62,917 bases of DNA, filler included, from 5 parts of 5 records of this genome joined end to end with filler, not necessarily neighbours in it; one strand, 5' to 3'; positions 39,228 through 49,264 are shown, counted from the first letter of the whole stretch. Notes: generated by a model from the letters alone, not told the origin. Made by a program: numbers and translations.

Positions 39228-39327
39228 NNNNNNNNNNNNNNNNNNNNNNNNNNNNNNNNNNNNNNNNNNNNTTAATTAATTAANNNNNNNNNNNNNNNNN
39301 NNNNNNNNNNNNNNNNNNNNNNNNNNN
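39228..39327. other. Artificial contig spacer (boundary between gamma- and alphaproteobacterial-like sequence)
   Basis: N44-TTAATTAATTAA-N44. Confidence 0.97.
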
Positions 39328-39564
39328 GTCCATCAGCATCGACTTGCCACGCCCGACCCCACCCCAAAGGTACAGTCCGCGCGTGCCCTCTGGCACCGTT
39401 GGCTTGAAGAACCGACCCAAAAAGCCGGTTGGCTTGGCCGGACGCTCCTCCAGTTTTTCGCGCAGATCTTCCAAAAGCAGCAAAATCTCTCGCTGTGCCG
39501 GATCGGGGCGCAGCAGGCCCTCGGCAACGCGGGTGTCATAGATGGCTTGCAGATGCTGAGACAT
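39328..39564 (-). CDS. zapE: Cell division ATPase ZapE/AFG1 (5' part only)
   Basis: PDPAQ, GLYLWGGVGRGKSMLMD. Runs into the gap. Confidence 0.88.
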
Positions 39565-39692
39565 ATCAGGTTCGTAGCGCGAAGCCGCGCCGGTGATCCA
39601 CAAGAAAACTGACGTAACGGATCAAGAAATCTGATTTGACAGGGCAGCAATGCTGACCGATTGTCCGGGGACGCGAATTTGGATCCCCTGTC

Positions 39693-40937
39693 ATGCCCCC
39701 AAAACCCTCCGTCTTTACGCCGGTTCTGATCGGTGGCTGCCTGATCATCCTGCTGTCATTTGCCGTAAGAGCCAGTTTTGGTGTGTTCCAGATACCAATT
39801 GCGTCGGAATTCGATTGGCCAAGAGCAGAATTCAGCTTGGCAATCGCCATTCAAAACCTTGCCTGGGGCATCGGTCAGCCGCTGTTCGGCGCATTTGCAG
39901 AGCGGTTTGGTGATCGAAGAGCACTCGTCATTGGGGCGCTTTTCTATGCCCTTGGGCTGGTTCTGTCTGCGGGGGCGACACTTCCCATTCAGCATCAATT
40001 GTTGGAAATTCTAGTTGGTTTTGGCATCGCAGGCACCGGCTTTGGTGTCATTCTTGCGATCGTTGGACGAGCCACCTCGGATGAAAACAGGTCTATTTCC
40101 CTCGGAATCGTAACTGCTGCCGGGTCCGCAGGCCAGATTGTTGGTGCACCCATTGCGGAGGCTTTGCTCGGCGTTTTGAGCTGGCAAATGGTCTTTGTAA
40201 TCTTTGCAGGAGTCATCTTGCTGACGGTGCTGATTCTGCCTTTGCTGAAAGCACCGCCGATGGCCAGCAAAGCCGAGATCGAAGAAAGCATGGGGCAGAT
40301 CCTTAAGAAGGCCTTCCGCGATCCGTCCTTTACTTTGATCTTCATCGGCTTCTTTTCTTGCGGCTATCAGCTTGCCTTCATCACCGCGCATTTTCCCGCT
40401 CTTGTTACTGAAATGTGCGGGCCGATCGTGCCCGGCTCGATGCTGCACAATATCGGGATCACCTCGACCTCTACGCTTGGGGCAGTGGCGATTTCATTGA
40501 TCGGGATTGCGAATGTGGCCGGGACGATTTTGGCCGGTTGGCTTGGCAACCGCTTCCCCAAGAAATACCTGCTGGCGCTGATCTATCTGGGCCGCACAAT
40601 TGCGGCGGCGATGTTCATCATCCTGCCGATCACGCCCGTGACCGTCGTCGCGTTTTCCATAGTCATGGGGTCGCTGTGGCTGGCCACCGTGCCGCTGACC
40701 AGCGGGTTGATCGCCTATCTTTATGGGCTGCGCTACATGGGCACGCTGTATGGAATCGTGTTTTTCAGCCACCAGTTGGGCGGGTTCCTGGGCGTGCTTC
40801 TGGGTGGCTGGATGTATGACCTTTATGGCGACTACAGCGCGGTCTGGTGGATCGGCGTGGCGGTTGGGGCGTTGTCGGCGGTGGTGCATCTGCCGATCAA
40901 CGAAAAACCCCTGAAGGATCGCGCCATCGTGGCCTAA
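39693..40937 (+). CDS. MFS transporter
   Basis: About 12 TM helices, QNLAWGIGQP, GAFAERFGDRR, FFSCGYQ, HQLGGFLG. Confidence 0.9.
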   Translation: MPPKPSVFTPVLIGGCLIILLSFAVRASFGVFQIPIASEFDWPRAEFSLAIAIQNLAWGIGQPLFGAFAERFGDRRALVIGALFYALGLVLSAGATLPIQHQLLEILVGFGIAGTGFGVILAIVGRATSDENRSISLGIVTAAGSAGQIVGAPIAEALLGVLSWQMVFVIFAGVILLTVLILPLLKAPPMASKAEIEESMGQILKKAFRDPSFTLIFIGFFSCGYQLAFITAHFPALVTEMCGPIVPGSMLHNIGITSTSTLGAVAISLIGIANVAGTILAGWLGNRFPKKYLLALIYLGRTIAAAMFIILPITPVTVVAFSIVMGSLWLATVPLTSGLIAYLYGLRYMGTLYGIVFFSHQLGGFLGVLLGGWMYDLYGDYSAVWWIGVAVGALSAVVHLPINEKPLKDRAIVA

Positions 40938-41848
40938 GCCGGGCCGATAGCCTGTGCGACCTGCGTGGTATGGGTATAGGTCAGTCGGTGGTCCGCATCC
41001 GCAAGGACAACCTGCCGCGCCAAGGGATTGAGCACTGACAGCCTGTCTAGACACCGGATCGGAATGACTGTGTCCGCCTCACCCCAGATCGCCAGAACGG
41101 GCACATTCTTTGCCGCGAGATCACCATGCAGGTTGGATTGATCGTCCGAGAGGATGCCGCGCTGTGCGGATAGGATGGCCCGCAGGGTGCCTTCGACCGC
41201 CAATTCATCCAACGCCCGGTTGGTGATTGCATCGGCAATCGGGTTCTCACCATCTCCTCCGCCATAGCCTCCGCGCAGGGCCTTTGCGCCCAGAACCTCT
41301 ATCATCCAGTCGCCAAGGATAGGACTTCTGGTGACGACGTCAGAGAACCGGCCAAGGGCGAGGCCCAGACCTGCGGGGGCCAGAAGGATCAGGCGCGAAA
41401 CACGACCGGGGCACGCAGCAGTGAATGCGGTCGAGATTGCGCCGCCCATGGAATAGCCAGCAAGTGCAAACGGTTCTGCCACCCCTTCCGCATCCAGAAG
41501 ATCCTGCAACTGACGCTGGAAGAACGCGGAGTCCTGTCGGCCCGGCACCCGACCGGAATAGCCGCGCCCGTAAAGGTCGTAGGTCAGCACCCGATAGCCC
41601 AGACCCGTCAGATGCGGCAGCAACGGAGCCCATACGAAAGACGGGGTAGACAGGCCGTGGACACAGACCAGAACAGGTCCCTCCTCCGGCCCATGCCACT
41701 GGGCATGTGTCTGGCCTTGCGACAGGGGCACCAATCGTCCGGGCATGGTCGCGCGCAGATCTACAAGCCGCCGCCGGTTCAGGCGCGCACCCAGATAGGT
41801 GCCACCAAGGGCCAGCGCCGCCGCGCCTGCAATCAGCGGGACTGCCAT
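40934..41848 (-). CDS. Alpha/beta hydrolase
   Basis: VHGLS, YDLYGRGYS, nucleophile GYSMGG, WGEADTVIP, ADH. Confidence 0.9.
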   Translation of the reverse strand: MAVPLIAGAAALALGGTYLGARLNRRRLVDLRATMPGRLVPLSQGQTHAQWHGPEEGPVLVCVHGLSTPSFVWAPLLPHLTGLGYRVLTYDLYGRGYSGRVPGRQDSAFFQRQLQDLLDAEGVAEPFALAGYSMGGAISTAFTAACPGRVSRLILLAPAGLGLALGRFSDVVTRSPILGDWMIEVLGAKALRGGYGGGDGENPIADAITNRALDELAVEGTLRAILSAQRGILSDDQSNLHGDLAAKNVPVLAIWGEADTVIPIRCLDRLSVLNPLARQVVLADADHRLTYTHTTQVAQAIGPA

Positions 41849-42750
41849 GCGTCCAGGATGTAGCGGCTGGTCATCAGGTCCAGATGCGCGCCGCCGCCGT
41901 TTTTGAAGAGGGTGATTTCATCGTCACTGCGGCGGGTCATCTTGCCCGCCTCAAGGTCGTAGAAGTCAGAAAGGATATCGGCTCCGGTGATCACCCCGCG
42001 ATCAATCGGGTCTTGAATCTCGCCGATATGGCCGATGGTGGTGTCCCGGCTGTCCACATGGATCGCGCTTCGCCGCATTGCCTCGTCGTTCACCTCTCGC
42101 ATGTCGGGGCGATACGCGCCGATGATGTCGATATGCTGACCGGGGTGGAACCATTCGCCGTTCAGGATGGGATCTGTCACCATGGTGGCGGAGGTCACGA
42201 TATCAGCGCCACGCACAGCGGTTTCCAGATTGGGCGCGACCTCTGTTCCCGGATAGTCAGCGGCAAACACCTCGGCCTTGGCAAGGGTGCGGTTCCAGAT
42301 CTGAAAGCGGGCATTGGGGAACAGGGCTCCATATGCCTCGCGCAGGGAATGGCCCACAGCACCGGCACCGACGATCAGAATCGTGTCGCTATCCTTGCGG
42401 GCTAGCTGCGCCGCGCCGAGCAAGCTGCCGCCCGCCGTTTTCCACTTGGTGACCAGCTCGAAATCTACCAATGCCAGCAGTCCGCCGTCGAGATCGGAAT
42501 AGACATTCACCGCCCCAAGGATCAGCGGTTTGCCATTAGCGGGATTGCCGGGGAAGATATTCGCTGTCTTCACCGCTGACCCAACCCCGTCGATCCAGGC
42601 GGCGCGGGATAGGAGCGTGTCTTCGCCACGATAAAGCAACGTGTCACCGATTTCGGCTTTCGGCAATTTGTGCCCGTCCCTCAGCGCATCCATCAAGCCC
42701 TGCCAGGTCAGATGCGCTTCTGCCTCTGGTCCGATGATGTCGATGCTCAT
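41833..42750 (-). CDS. Ornithine cyclodeaminase / mu-crystallin family protein
   Basis: VTKWKTAG, IVGAG, IGAYRPDMREV, FKNGGGAHLDL. Confidence 0.88.
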   Translation of the reverse strand: MSIDIIGPEAEAHLTWQGLMDALRDGHKLPKAEIGDTLLYRGEDTLLSRAAWIDGVGSAVKTANIFPGNPANGKPLILGAVNVYSDLDGGLLALVDFELVTKWKTAGGSLLGAAQLARKDSDTILIVGAGAVGHSLREAYGALFPNARFQIWNRTLAKAEVFAADYPGTEVAPNLETAVRGADIVTSATMVTDPILNGEWFHPGQHIDIIGAYRPDMREVNDEAMRRSAIHVDSRDTTIGHIGEIQDPIDRGVITGADILSDFYDLEAGKMTRRSDDEITLFKNGGGAHLDLMTSRYILDAWQSR

Positions 42751-43370
42751 GGGCGGCTCTCCTGTTCGGTCAGAAGGTTGTGGTCGATAAGCACCTTCGC
42801 AAAGCGATCTGGCGATGTGAAGAGATGTGTCTTCCAGCCACGGGCGCTGGCGGCATCAATGTTGTCCTGGCGATCGTCCGTGAAAAGAAGAGATCCATCC
42901 GAAAGACCTGAATCAGTCTCTAACAAGGCGAAAAAGGCTGCATCGGGCTTGGCCATGCGATGATGGGCCGAGATGTAGCGGCGGTCGAATTCATCGAGAA
43001 ACGGATATGCCTTTTGAGCGATCTCAAAGCTTTCCGCCCCGAAATTGGACAATGCAAAGACCGGAATACCCTTTTGGCGCAGCTTTCGCAGCAGGTGAAC
43101 ACTGTGTGGTATGGCCGGGCTGGCCATCTCGATCCAATGATCATGCCAAACCCGTATTTCGTCTCTAAACAAGGGGTTTTCATCTGCAAATGCATAGATG
43201 ACATCTCGAAATCCTTCGCCCAGATCCACCCGGTCATTCATGCCCGCCAGATCAACGGCGGCGAAAATCTCTCGCCGCCGGATCTCGCCAAACAGCCTGT
43301 CATAGAGCCGTTCAGGCGCCCATTCGATCAGGACGTTCCCGATGTCGAAAACGACCGCCTCAATCGTCAC
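42747..43370 (-). CDS. HAD family phosphatase
   Basis: FDIGNVL, ALSN, KPD, FTDDR-DN. Confidence 0.88.
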   Translation of the reverse strand: MTIEAVVFDIGNVLIEWAPERLYDRLFGEIRRREIFAAVDLAGMNDRVDLGEGFRDVIYAFADENPLFRDEIRVWHDHWIEMASPAIPHSVHLLRKLRQKGIPVFALSNFGAESFEIAQKAYPFLDEFDRRYISAHHRMAKPDAAFFALLETDSGLSDGSLLFTDDRQDNIDAASARGWKTHLFTSPDRFAKVLIDHNLLTEQESRP

Positions 43371-44206
43371 GAGGTGACGCCATAAAGCGCCTCGGCATGG
43401 AAGCTGATGTGATCTTCGATGAAGGTAGAGACGAAGAAATAGGAGTGGTCATAGCCCGGCTGCATGCGGATTGATCCGGGCTGGCGGCGGGCCGTCATGG
43501 CCTCTGCCAGTGCTTCGGTCTTCAGCAAATCGCCGAACTGATCCGCGGTGCCGGTGTCGATCAGGACCGGGCCGGGGAAGCCCTTGGCGCGCATCAGCAT
43601 GGTCGCGTCATGCGCTTCCCACAGGGCGGTGTTGTCGCCCAGATAGGCACCAAGCTGCTTGCGGCCCCAGTCGCTCTCCATCGGGTTGCAGATGGGCGAA
43701 AATGCCGAGACGCTGGCGAACCGGTCGGGGAAGTTCATGGCAATGGTCAACGCGCCGTGGCCGCCCATGGAATGCCCGGTGATGCCCTGACGGCTGGCGT
43801 CCAGCGCGAAGCGGTCGAAGATCAGCGTCGGCAGTTCCTCGGTCACGTAGTCCCACATCTGGAAATGTTCGGCCCACGGGTCTTGCGTGGCATTCACGTA
43901 GAAGCCGGCGCCCTGGCCGAGATCATAGGCATCGTCATTCGGCACACCCGGCCCACGCGGGCTTGTGTCAGGGAAAATCAGCGCGATCCCCTGTTCGGCG
44001 GCCCAAAGCTGCGCCCCTGCCTTAACCATCGCGTTTTCATGGGTGCAGGTCAGGCCGGACAGATACCAAAGCACTGGAACCGGGCCGTCCTCTGCCTCGG
44101 CCGGAAGGAACAGGCCAAATGTCATGTCCGTGCCCGTGGCGCTGGAGGCGTGGCGATAGACGCCCTGGGTGCCGCCAAAACACCGGTTTTCCGAAATCGT
44201 TTCCAT
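43367..44206 (-). CDS. fghA: S-formylglutathione hydrolase
   Basis: [35 protein letters not shown] before ATG at 44206. Confidence 0.95.
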   Translation of the reverse strand: METISENRCFGGTQGVYRHASSATGTDMTFGLFLPAEAEDGPVPVLWYLSGLTCTHENAMVKAGAQLWAAEQGIALIFPDTSPRGPGVPNDDAYDLGQGAGFYVNATQDPWAEHFQMWDYVTEELPTLIFDRFALDASRQGITGHSMGGHGALTIAMNFPDRFASVSAFSPICNPMESDWGRKQLGAYLGDNTALWEAHDATMLMRAKGFPGPVLIDTGTADQFGDLLKTEALAEAMTARRQPGSIRMQPGYDHSYFFVSTFIEDHISFHAEALYGVTS

Positions 44207-44267
44207 GGGTCGTCCTCCGCAAAAGCTTTCGCCAAGGGGTAGCGCGGGCAGGCCCATGCGGCAAGCG

Positions 44268-45200
44268 CTAGAGCAGCGGTGTGACCCACGCGATGACGAG
44301 AGAGACAGTCACGATGGAAATCGCCGTGGACACAAGGATCGCCGCTGACACCCGCTGCGGGGCGACGCCGTAGTGCTGCGCAAGGATGTAGACGTTTCCG
44401 GCCACCGGCAGAGCCGAGGCCGAAATCATCACCGCCGCGTCAAAGGCTGCAACCGGAAACAACCACAGTGCCGCAATGGCGACGGCACCAGGATGCAGAA
44501 CCAGTTTGCAGAAGCTGAGCCAAGCGGCGACGGACATGCGTTCCGCCGATTTCCCGGCCAGCGAGGCCCCGATTGCAAACAATGCGCCGGGGGTCGCGGC
44601 AGCGCCAAGGATGCCAAGAAACTCATTCGCAACGTCAGGGATCGGCAAGGCCAGAGCCGACCAGACCAGACCAAGCGCGATGGACACGATCATCGGGTTG
44701 CGCAGCAGCCCCTTGCCCACGGTGCCCAGAATGGCCATTGACATGCGCCCGTCACGCGACCCGGTGATCAGGATCGTGATCAGGCTGGAAAACACGATAA
44801 GGTCGATGGCCAGTACCATCAAAACCGGCCCGGCAGCGTTTTCACCCAGAAGGACAACCAGCATCGGTACACCGAGAAATCCCGTGTTGCCGATCACCGA
44901 ACATTGAGCCTCGACAGCAGCTTCTTGCAAACCGACGCCCCGGAAGAAGGCAACCGCAGTGGCCAACAGATACACCACGCCGCATCCCCACAGATAGGCC
45001 GCGACAAACCACCAATCGAAGATTTCCGACAGTGACAGGTTGGCAGCAAAACGGAACAGCATGGCCGAAAGGGCAAAGTAGAAGACAAACTTTGTCAGAT
45101 AGGCCGTCGCCTCAGCCGTGAAGAACCCGGTCCGGCCTGACTGGAACCCGAGCGCGATCAACGCGAAGAAGGGCAGGGTCTTGAGAAATATCTCGATCAT
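44268..45200 (-). CDS. AEC family transporter
   Basis: Highly hydrophobic. FVFYFALSAMLF, NTGFLGVP, ALPVAGNV. Confidence 0.88.
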   Translation of the reverse strand: MIEIFLKTLPFFALIALGFQSGRTGFFTAEATAYLTKFVFYFALSAMLFRFAANLSLSEIFDWWFVAAYLWGCGVVYLLATAVAFFRGVGLQEAAVEAQCSVIGNTGFLGVPMLVVLLGENAAGPVLMVLAIDLIVFSSLITILITGSRDGRMSMAILGTVGKGLLRNPMIVSIALGLVWSALALPIPDVANEFLGILGAAATPGALFAIGASLAGKSAERMSVAAWLSFCKLVLHPGAVAIAALWLFPVAAFDAAVMISASALPVAGNVYILAQHYGVAPQRVSAAILVSTAISIVTVSLVIAWVTPLL

Positions 45201-45254
45201 GTGGGCATCGCTAGGGCAACATTCGGACCCTGTCCAGCACCTGCTTTGCTTGAT

Positions 45255-45275
45255 GAACTAAACAGGTCAGTCTAT
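45255..45275. promoter_or_regulatory. Putative TetR operator
   Basis: GAACTAAACAGGTCAGTCTAT, 16/21 identical to the motif upstream of the orthologous tetR at 51898-51918. Confidence 0.55.
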
Positions 45276-45300
45276 TGTACAGATGTCAGTAGGAGGCAGC

Positions 45301-45918
45301 ATGAACATCAACGCGCCGCTCAAGAAAGGCCGGAAATTCGACCAGGTTCTTGCCGGGGCGAGAGAGGTGTTTCTGCGCGAGGGATTCGAGGGGGCCAGCG
45401 TTGACCAGATCGCTCGCGATGCGGGTGTATCCAAGGCAACGCTCTACAGCTATTTTCCCGATAAACAGGCTCTGTTCATGGCGGTTCTCACCTCGCAGTG
45501 TCAGATGCAATCGGAACAGGCCATGGGGATCGAGATCCTGCAGCGCCCGGTGCCAGAGGCGCTTCATTCCATCGCGCTTTCCTTCCTGAATTTCCTAATG
45601 TCGGATTTCGCGATCCAGGTGTTCCGTGTGTGCGTCGCCGAATCGACCCGTTTCCCGGAACTGGGCCGCGCTTTTTACGACAGTGGCCCCAAACAGGTGC
45701 TGGATCAGATTGCCGCCTATCTTGGCAGCGAAAAGGTCAGTCAGGAACTGCGGATCGACGATCCCTACATGGCAGCCGATCAGTTCCTTCAGCTTTGCCG
45801 GGCCGACATGCTGCTGCGTCGGATTCTCAATGTCGATACCGATGTTTCGCCCGAAAAGATGGACCGCGTCGCGCGGGAAACGGTGGCGACTTTCCTCGCG
45901 CGCTATCGCCGCGCCTGA
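45301..45918 (+). CDS. TetR/AcrR family regulator
   Basis: GFEGASVDQIARDAGVSKATLYSYFPDK, RFPELG, FYDSGP. Confidence 0.92.
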   Translation: MNINAPLKKGRKFDQVLAGAREVFLREGFEGASVDQIARDAGVSKATLYSYFPDKQALFMAVLTSQCQMQSEQAMGIEILQRPVPEALHSIALSFLNFLMSDFAIQVFRVCVAESTRFPELGRAFYDSGPKQVLDQIAAYLGSEKVSQELRIDDPYMAADQFLQLCRADMLLRRILNVDTDVSPEKMDRVARETVATFLARYRRA

Positions 45919-46629
45919 TCAATCCACCCGGCGTACGAACAGCTGGTTGTTTTCGGCCCGCCGGGTTTCCAGCGTTTTCACATCCGCAACGATATCCGAC
46001 AGCTTCTTCTTGCCATAGCTGCGCGTGTCGAAATCAGGATTGGCGGCCTGAATCTGCTGGCCAAGGGTGCCCAGGTTGAACCAGTCGCTGTCCTGGTCGA
46101 TGGAATCCATCGCCCGGTAGATCAGGTCGCGCACCTCTGTCAGCTTGGCGGCGGGTTTGGGCGCGCCATCGGCGGGCTTGGAGGTCTCGCCTTCGATATT
46201 CTCGATAAAGATAAACCGCTTGCAGGCTTGCCGGAAGGCGTCAGGGGTTTTCTTTTGCCCGATCCCGTAGACCTCCAGCCCCTGTTCTCGGATACGACTG
46301 GCCAGACGCGTGAAATCGCTGTCGGAACTGACCAGGACGAATCCGTCAAACCGCGCTGTGTGGAGCAGGTCCATTGCGTCGATCACAAGGGCGATGTCGC
46401 TTGCGTTCTTGCCCACGGTGTTAGCTGGCTGATGGAACGGAACAAGGCCATGTTCCGCCTGCACCCGGTTCCATCCCGCCATCTGCTGGGACGAAAAATC
46501 CCCGTAGATCCGGCGTACGCTGGCCTCACCAAACCGGGCGATCTCGTCAAAGATCGCCTTGACGTGTTTGGGGGACGTGTTGTCCGCATCGACCAGCACC
46601 GCCAGAAGGGGAGTTTTCGTTTGGGTCAC
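45919..46629 (-). CDS. NYN (LabA/DUF88) domain protein with C-terminal OST-HTH/LOTUS domain
   Basis: VLVDADN, GKNASDIALVIDAMDLL, VSSDSDFTRLA, PDFDTRSYG. GTG start with AGAGGA RBS. Confidence 0.88.
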   Translation of the reverse strand: MTQTKTPLLAVLVDADNTSPKHVKAIFDEIARFGEASVRRIYGDFSSQQMAGWNRVQAEHGLVPFHQPANTVGKNASDIALVIDAMDLLHTARFDGFVLVSSDSDFTRLASRIREQGLEVYGIGQKKTPDAFRQACKRFIFIENIEGETSKPADGAPKPAAKLTEVRDLIYRAMDSIDQDSDWFNLGTLGQQIQAANPDFDTRSYGKKKLSDIVADVKTLETRRAENNQLFVRRVD

Positions 46630-46689
46630 GGACCGATCCTCTTGTTCCGGGCCGACCTGGCCCTTTCGCAAACAGGATGACGTCCCCGG

Positions 46690-46916
46690 ATCGGGAAGTC
46701 GAGGGCAAGCTCCAGCTAAGGTCTTTGCGTGATGTCATTTAAGCCTGACACCACGGAAAGGATCTGTTCAGGCGAAATGAAGTGGTCCTGTCCGGACACG
46801 CGCAGTTCCATCACAGCGACGCCCGGCGACGGCGCGGTCGGGGTGGCTTCAGCAGGCCAGACAAGCGCGGTCATGAGTCCGCTCAAATTTCACACGCCAG
46901 TGGGTTCACGCCTCAT
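46690..46916 (-). pseudogene. Possible decayed gene for a secreted protein
   Basis: A single frame reads MRREPTGV*NLSGLMTALVWPAEA...ELRVSGQDHFISPEQILSVVSGLNDITQRP*LELALDF with two internal stops. Confidence 0.3.
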
Positions 46917-46949
46917 CCTTCACGGCCGGACCGTGCCGGGTTGCCCAGG

Positions 46950-47342
46950 TTACTTGCCCGGTGTCGGTGGCGCATAGGTACCGGCCACTTGCTGATCCCA
47001 GATTTCATCCAGACGATCGGCCACGGTTTCCCGCGCATCATTGTCGGAGTCGGTGTTGAATACGATCAGAAAGGGCGCGACAATTCCGGCCTCGATCGGA
47101 CAGATGATCAGCGCGTCCACAACCTCGCCCCGCAGGTCATAGCCGCCAATGGTCCATTCGCTACGGCCGGTGAAGCCATCGCCGCCATACGTGGCGCGAT
47201 ACGCGTCAATGGTTGCTTCGGCCAGACGCATGCATTCGGCACGCTCGTCTACGGAACCCAGGTCGGTGACCGTCCATCCCTCGGCCAGTGCCATCGAGCT
47301 GGCGAGAATGGCGAGCCCGGATAAAAGAGCCTTGGTCTTCAT
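46950..47342 (-). CDS. Hypothetical secreted protein
   Basis: Signal peptide ending ALA-E, AAGGAG RBS, two Cys. Confidence 0.75.
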   Translation of the reverse strand: MKTKALLSGLAILASSMALAEGWTVTDLGSVDERAECMRLAEATIDAYRATYGGDGFTGRSEWTIGGYDLRGEVVDALIICPIEAGIVAPFLIVFNTDSDNDARETVADRLDEIWDQQVAGTYAPPTPGK

Positions 47343-47366
47343 CTGAAATCTCCTTTCTTGAATGTC

Positions 47367-47392
47367 GCCGCACCCCTGAGTCGGGGTGCGGC
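47367..47392. terminator. GC-rich hairpin after the class III alcohol dehydrogenase gene
   Basis: GCCGCACCCC-TGAGTC-GGGGTGCGGC perfect 10-bp stem. Confidence 0.6.
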
Positions 47393-47409
47393 CAAATCAG
47401 TATACCACG

Positions 47410-47444
47410 TCAATAGACCACGACGGATCTGATGGATTCGCCTT
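47410..47444 (-). CDS. 3' end of S-(hydroxymethyl)glutathione dehydrogenase (class III ADH)
   Basis: Translates GESIRSVVVY*, a characteristic C-terminus. fghA lies nearby. Confidence 0.7.
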
Positions 47445-47544
47445 NNNNNNNNNNNNNNNNNNNNNNNNNNNNNNNNNNNNNNNNNNNNTTAATTAATTAA
47501 NNNNNNNNNNNNNNNNNNNNNNNNNNNNNNNNNNNNNNNNNNNN
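47445..47544. other. Artificial contig spacer
   Basis: N44-TTAATTAATTAA-N44. Confidence 0.97.
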
Positions 47545-48022
47545 GACGGTCGAGATCAACAACACCGACGCCGAAGGGCGGTTGGTTCTGGCCGATGCAT
47601 TGGCCTTGGCAGATGAGGAAAAACCGGACCAGATCATTTCCATGGCCACGCTTACCGGCGCGGCGCGTGTGGCTGTAGGGCCTGATCTTGCGCCCTATTT
47701 CTCCGACGATGCAGGGTTTGTGACCGCTCTGGAAGGCGCGGCGGCAGCACAGGCCGATCCTGTTTGGCGGCTGCCGTTTCACGACCCTTACGAGGCGATG
47801 ATCGAACCGGGCATCGCCGATCTGGACAATGCGCCAAAGGGTGGCTTTGCCGGATGTATCACTGCCGCGTTGTTCCTACGCCGCTTTGTCACTCAGAGCC
47901 GCTATGCCCATTTTGACATCTATGGCTGGCAACCTGCCGCAGCGCCGGCGCGGCCTAAGGGCGGCGTTGGGCAAGCCACGCGTGCGCTTTTCGGCGCCTT
48001 GGACGAGATCCTCACGCGATGA
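47545..48022 (+). CDS. Leucyl aminopeptidase (M17) C-terminal part
   Basis: VEINNTDAEGRLVLADAL, ATLTGAA, HFDI. Confidence 0.92.
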
Positions 48023-48792
48023 CCGACAGGCGCATCACACCGGACCCGGATAAAACCAGCCGATCAGATCCTGCGCAGATCGCGGTCAGCGTTGCTGATC
48101 TGTGCCGCGCGCCGGACGGTCCCCGTGACAGGCAGCTGATCTATGGCGATGCCGTCACGGTGCTTGGCGATGCTGGGGGCTGGCGGTATGTGCAATCGGC
48201 CAAAGATGGTTACTGCGGCTATGTTCAGAGCCAAACGCTTGGTCCGTTGCAAGATGCCAGTCACCACGTCAGTTCCCCGGCGACCCATGCCTATGAGGCC
48301 GCCAATTTCAAATCACCTGATCTGTTCTCGCTTAGTTTTGGCAGTCGAGTCATGGTCACGGCAATCGAAGGGGATTTTGCGCAGACCTCCCTCGGGTTTA
48401 TTCCGCTCAATCACCTTGCTCCTCTGGATAGAATTCACTCCGATCCGGCAGAGATCGCGGCCCGCTTTCTTGGCACGCCGTATCTTTGGGGTGGCAACAG
48501 CCGCTGGGGCATTGATTGCTCCGGTCTGGTTCAGGCCGCGCTTTTGGCCTGCGGAACGCCCTGCCCTGCGGACAGTGACCAGCAGGCAACCTTGGGCCAT
48601 GCCACCAATGAGGCTTACCAGCGCAACGATCTGCTGTTCTGGAAGGGGCATGTGGCGATTGTCAGTGATCCGCAAACCATTCTGCATGCCAATGCTGGCG
48701 CGATGAGCACGGTTTATGAACCGATCGACGATGCCATCAAGCGGATCGAGGCGCAAGGCGATGGGCCGGTGACCGGACACCGCCGCCTTTGA
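48019..48792 (+). CDS. NlpC/P60 (C40) peptidase
   Basis: GTPYLWGG, GIDCSGLVQ, FWKGHVA, LHAN. Confidence 0.92.
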   Translation: MTDRRITPDPDKTSRSDPAQIAVSVADLCRAPDGPRDRQLIYGDAVTVLGDAGGWRYVQSAKDGYCGYVQSQTLGPLQDASHHVSSPATHAYEAANFKSPDLFSLSFGSRVMVTAIEGDFAQTSLGFIPLNHLAPLDRIHSDPAEIAARFLGTPYLWGGNSRWGIDCSGLVQAALLACGTPCPADSDQQATLGHATNEAYQRNDLLFWKGHVAIVSDPQTILHANAGAMSTVYEPIDDAIKRIEAQGDGPVTGHRRL

Positions 48793-48798
48793 TCACGT

Positions 48799-49146
48799 TC
48801 AATCGACAGATCGGATAAGCTTGCGTTCCAACACCCGCAGGACCGCCTTGAGATCGTGACCGCGGCGCATGATCTGGCCGCCTGTGCCAACAATCGCATA
48901 CATGCCTTGCTTGTTGCGCAGCTTTGGTCGTTTCTCGATACGGTACAGCGGGATCTCGGCGGTGCGCCGGAACACCGAGAAAACCGCCACTTCCTTCAGA
49001 CATGAAATCCCGTAATCGCGCCATTCACCGGCAGCGACCATGCGTCCATACAAAGACAAGATCACGGACAGCTCCGTGCGGTGAAAGGCAACTTGCTCGG
49101 GCGGGCGCTCAAACGGGGTGACCTGAGAAGGGGAAAGCATCGTCAT
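48799..49146 (-). CDS. DUF2794 family protein
   Basis: FHRTEL, YGRMVAAGEWRDY, PLYRIEKRPKL. Confidence 0.82.
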   Translation of the reverse strand: MTMLSPSQVTPFERPPEQVAFHRTELSVILSLYGRMVAAGEWRDYGISCLKEVAVFSVFRRTAEIPLYRIEKRPKLRNKQGMYAIVGTGGQIMRRGHDLKAVLRVLERKLIRSVD

Positions 49147-49264
49147 GTGAATACAGTTGCGCTGTTGGCGCGACAAATCAAGCCCGATGGCCGATCAAAA
49201 AGGATTGAAAGCGTTACAAAGTTGTGCAAATGTCCCGATTTATGAAACATATGTGCGACGTGAA

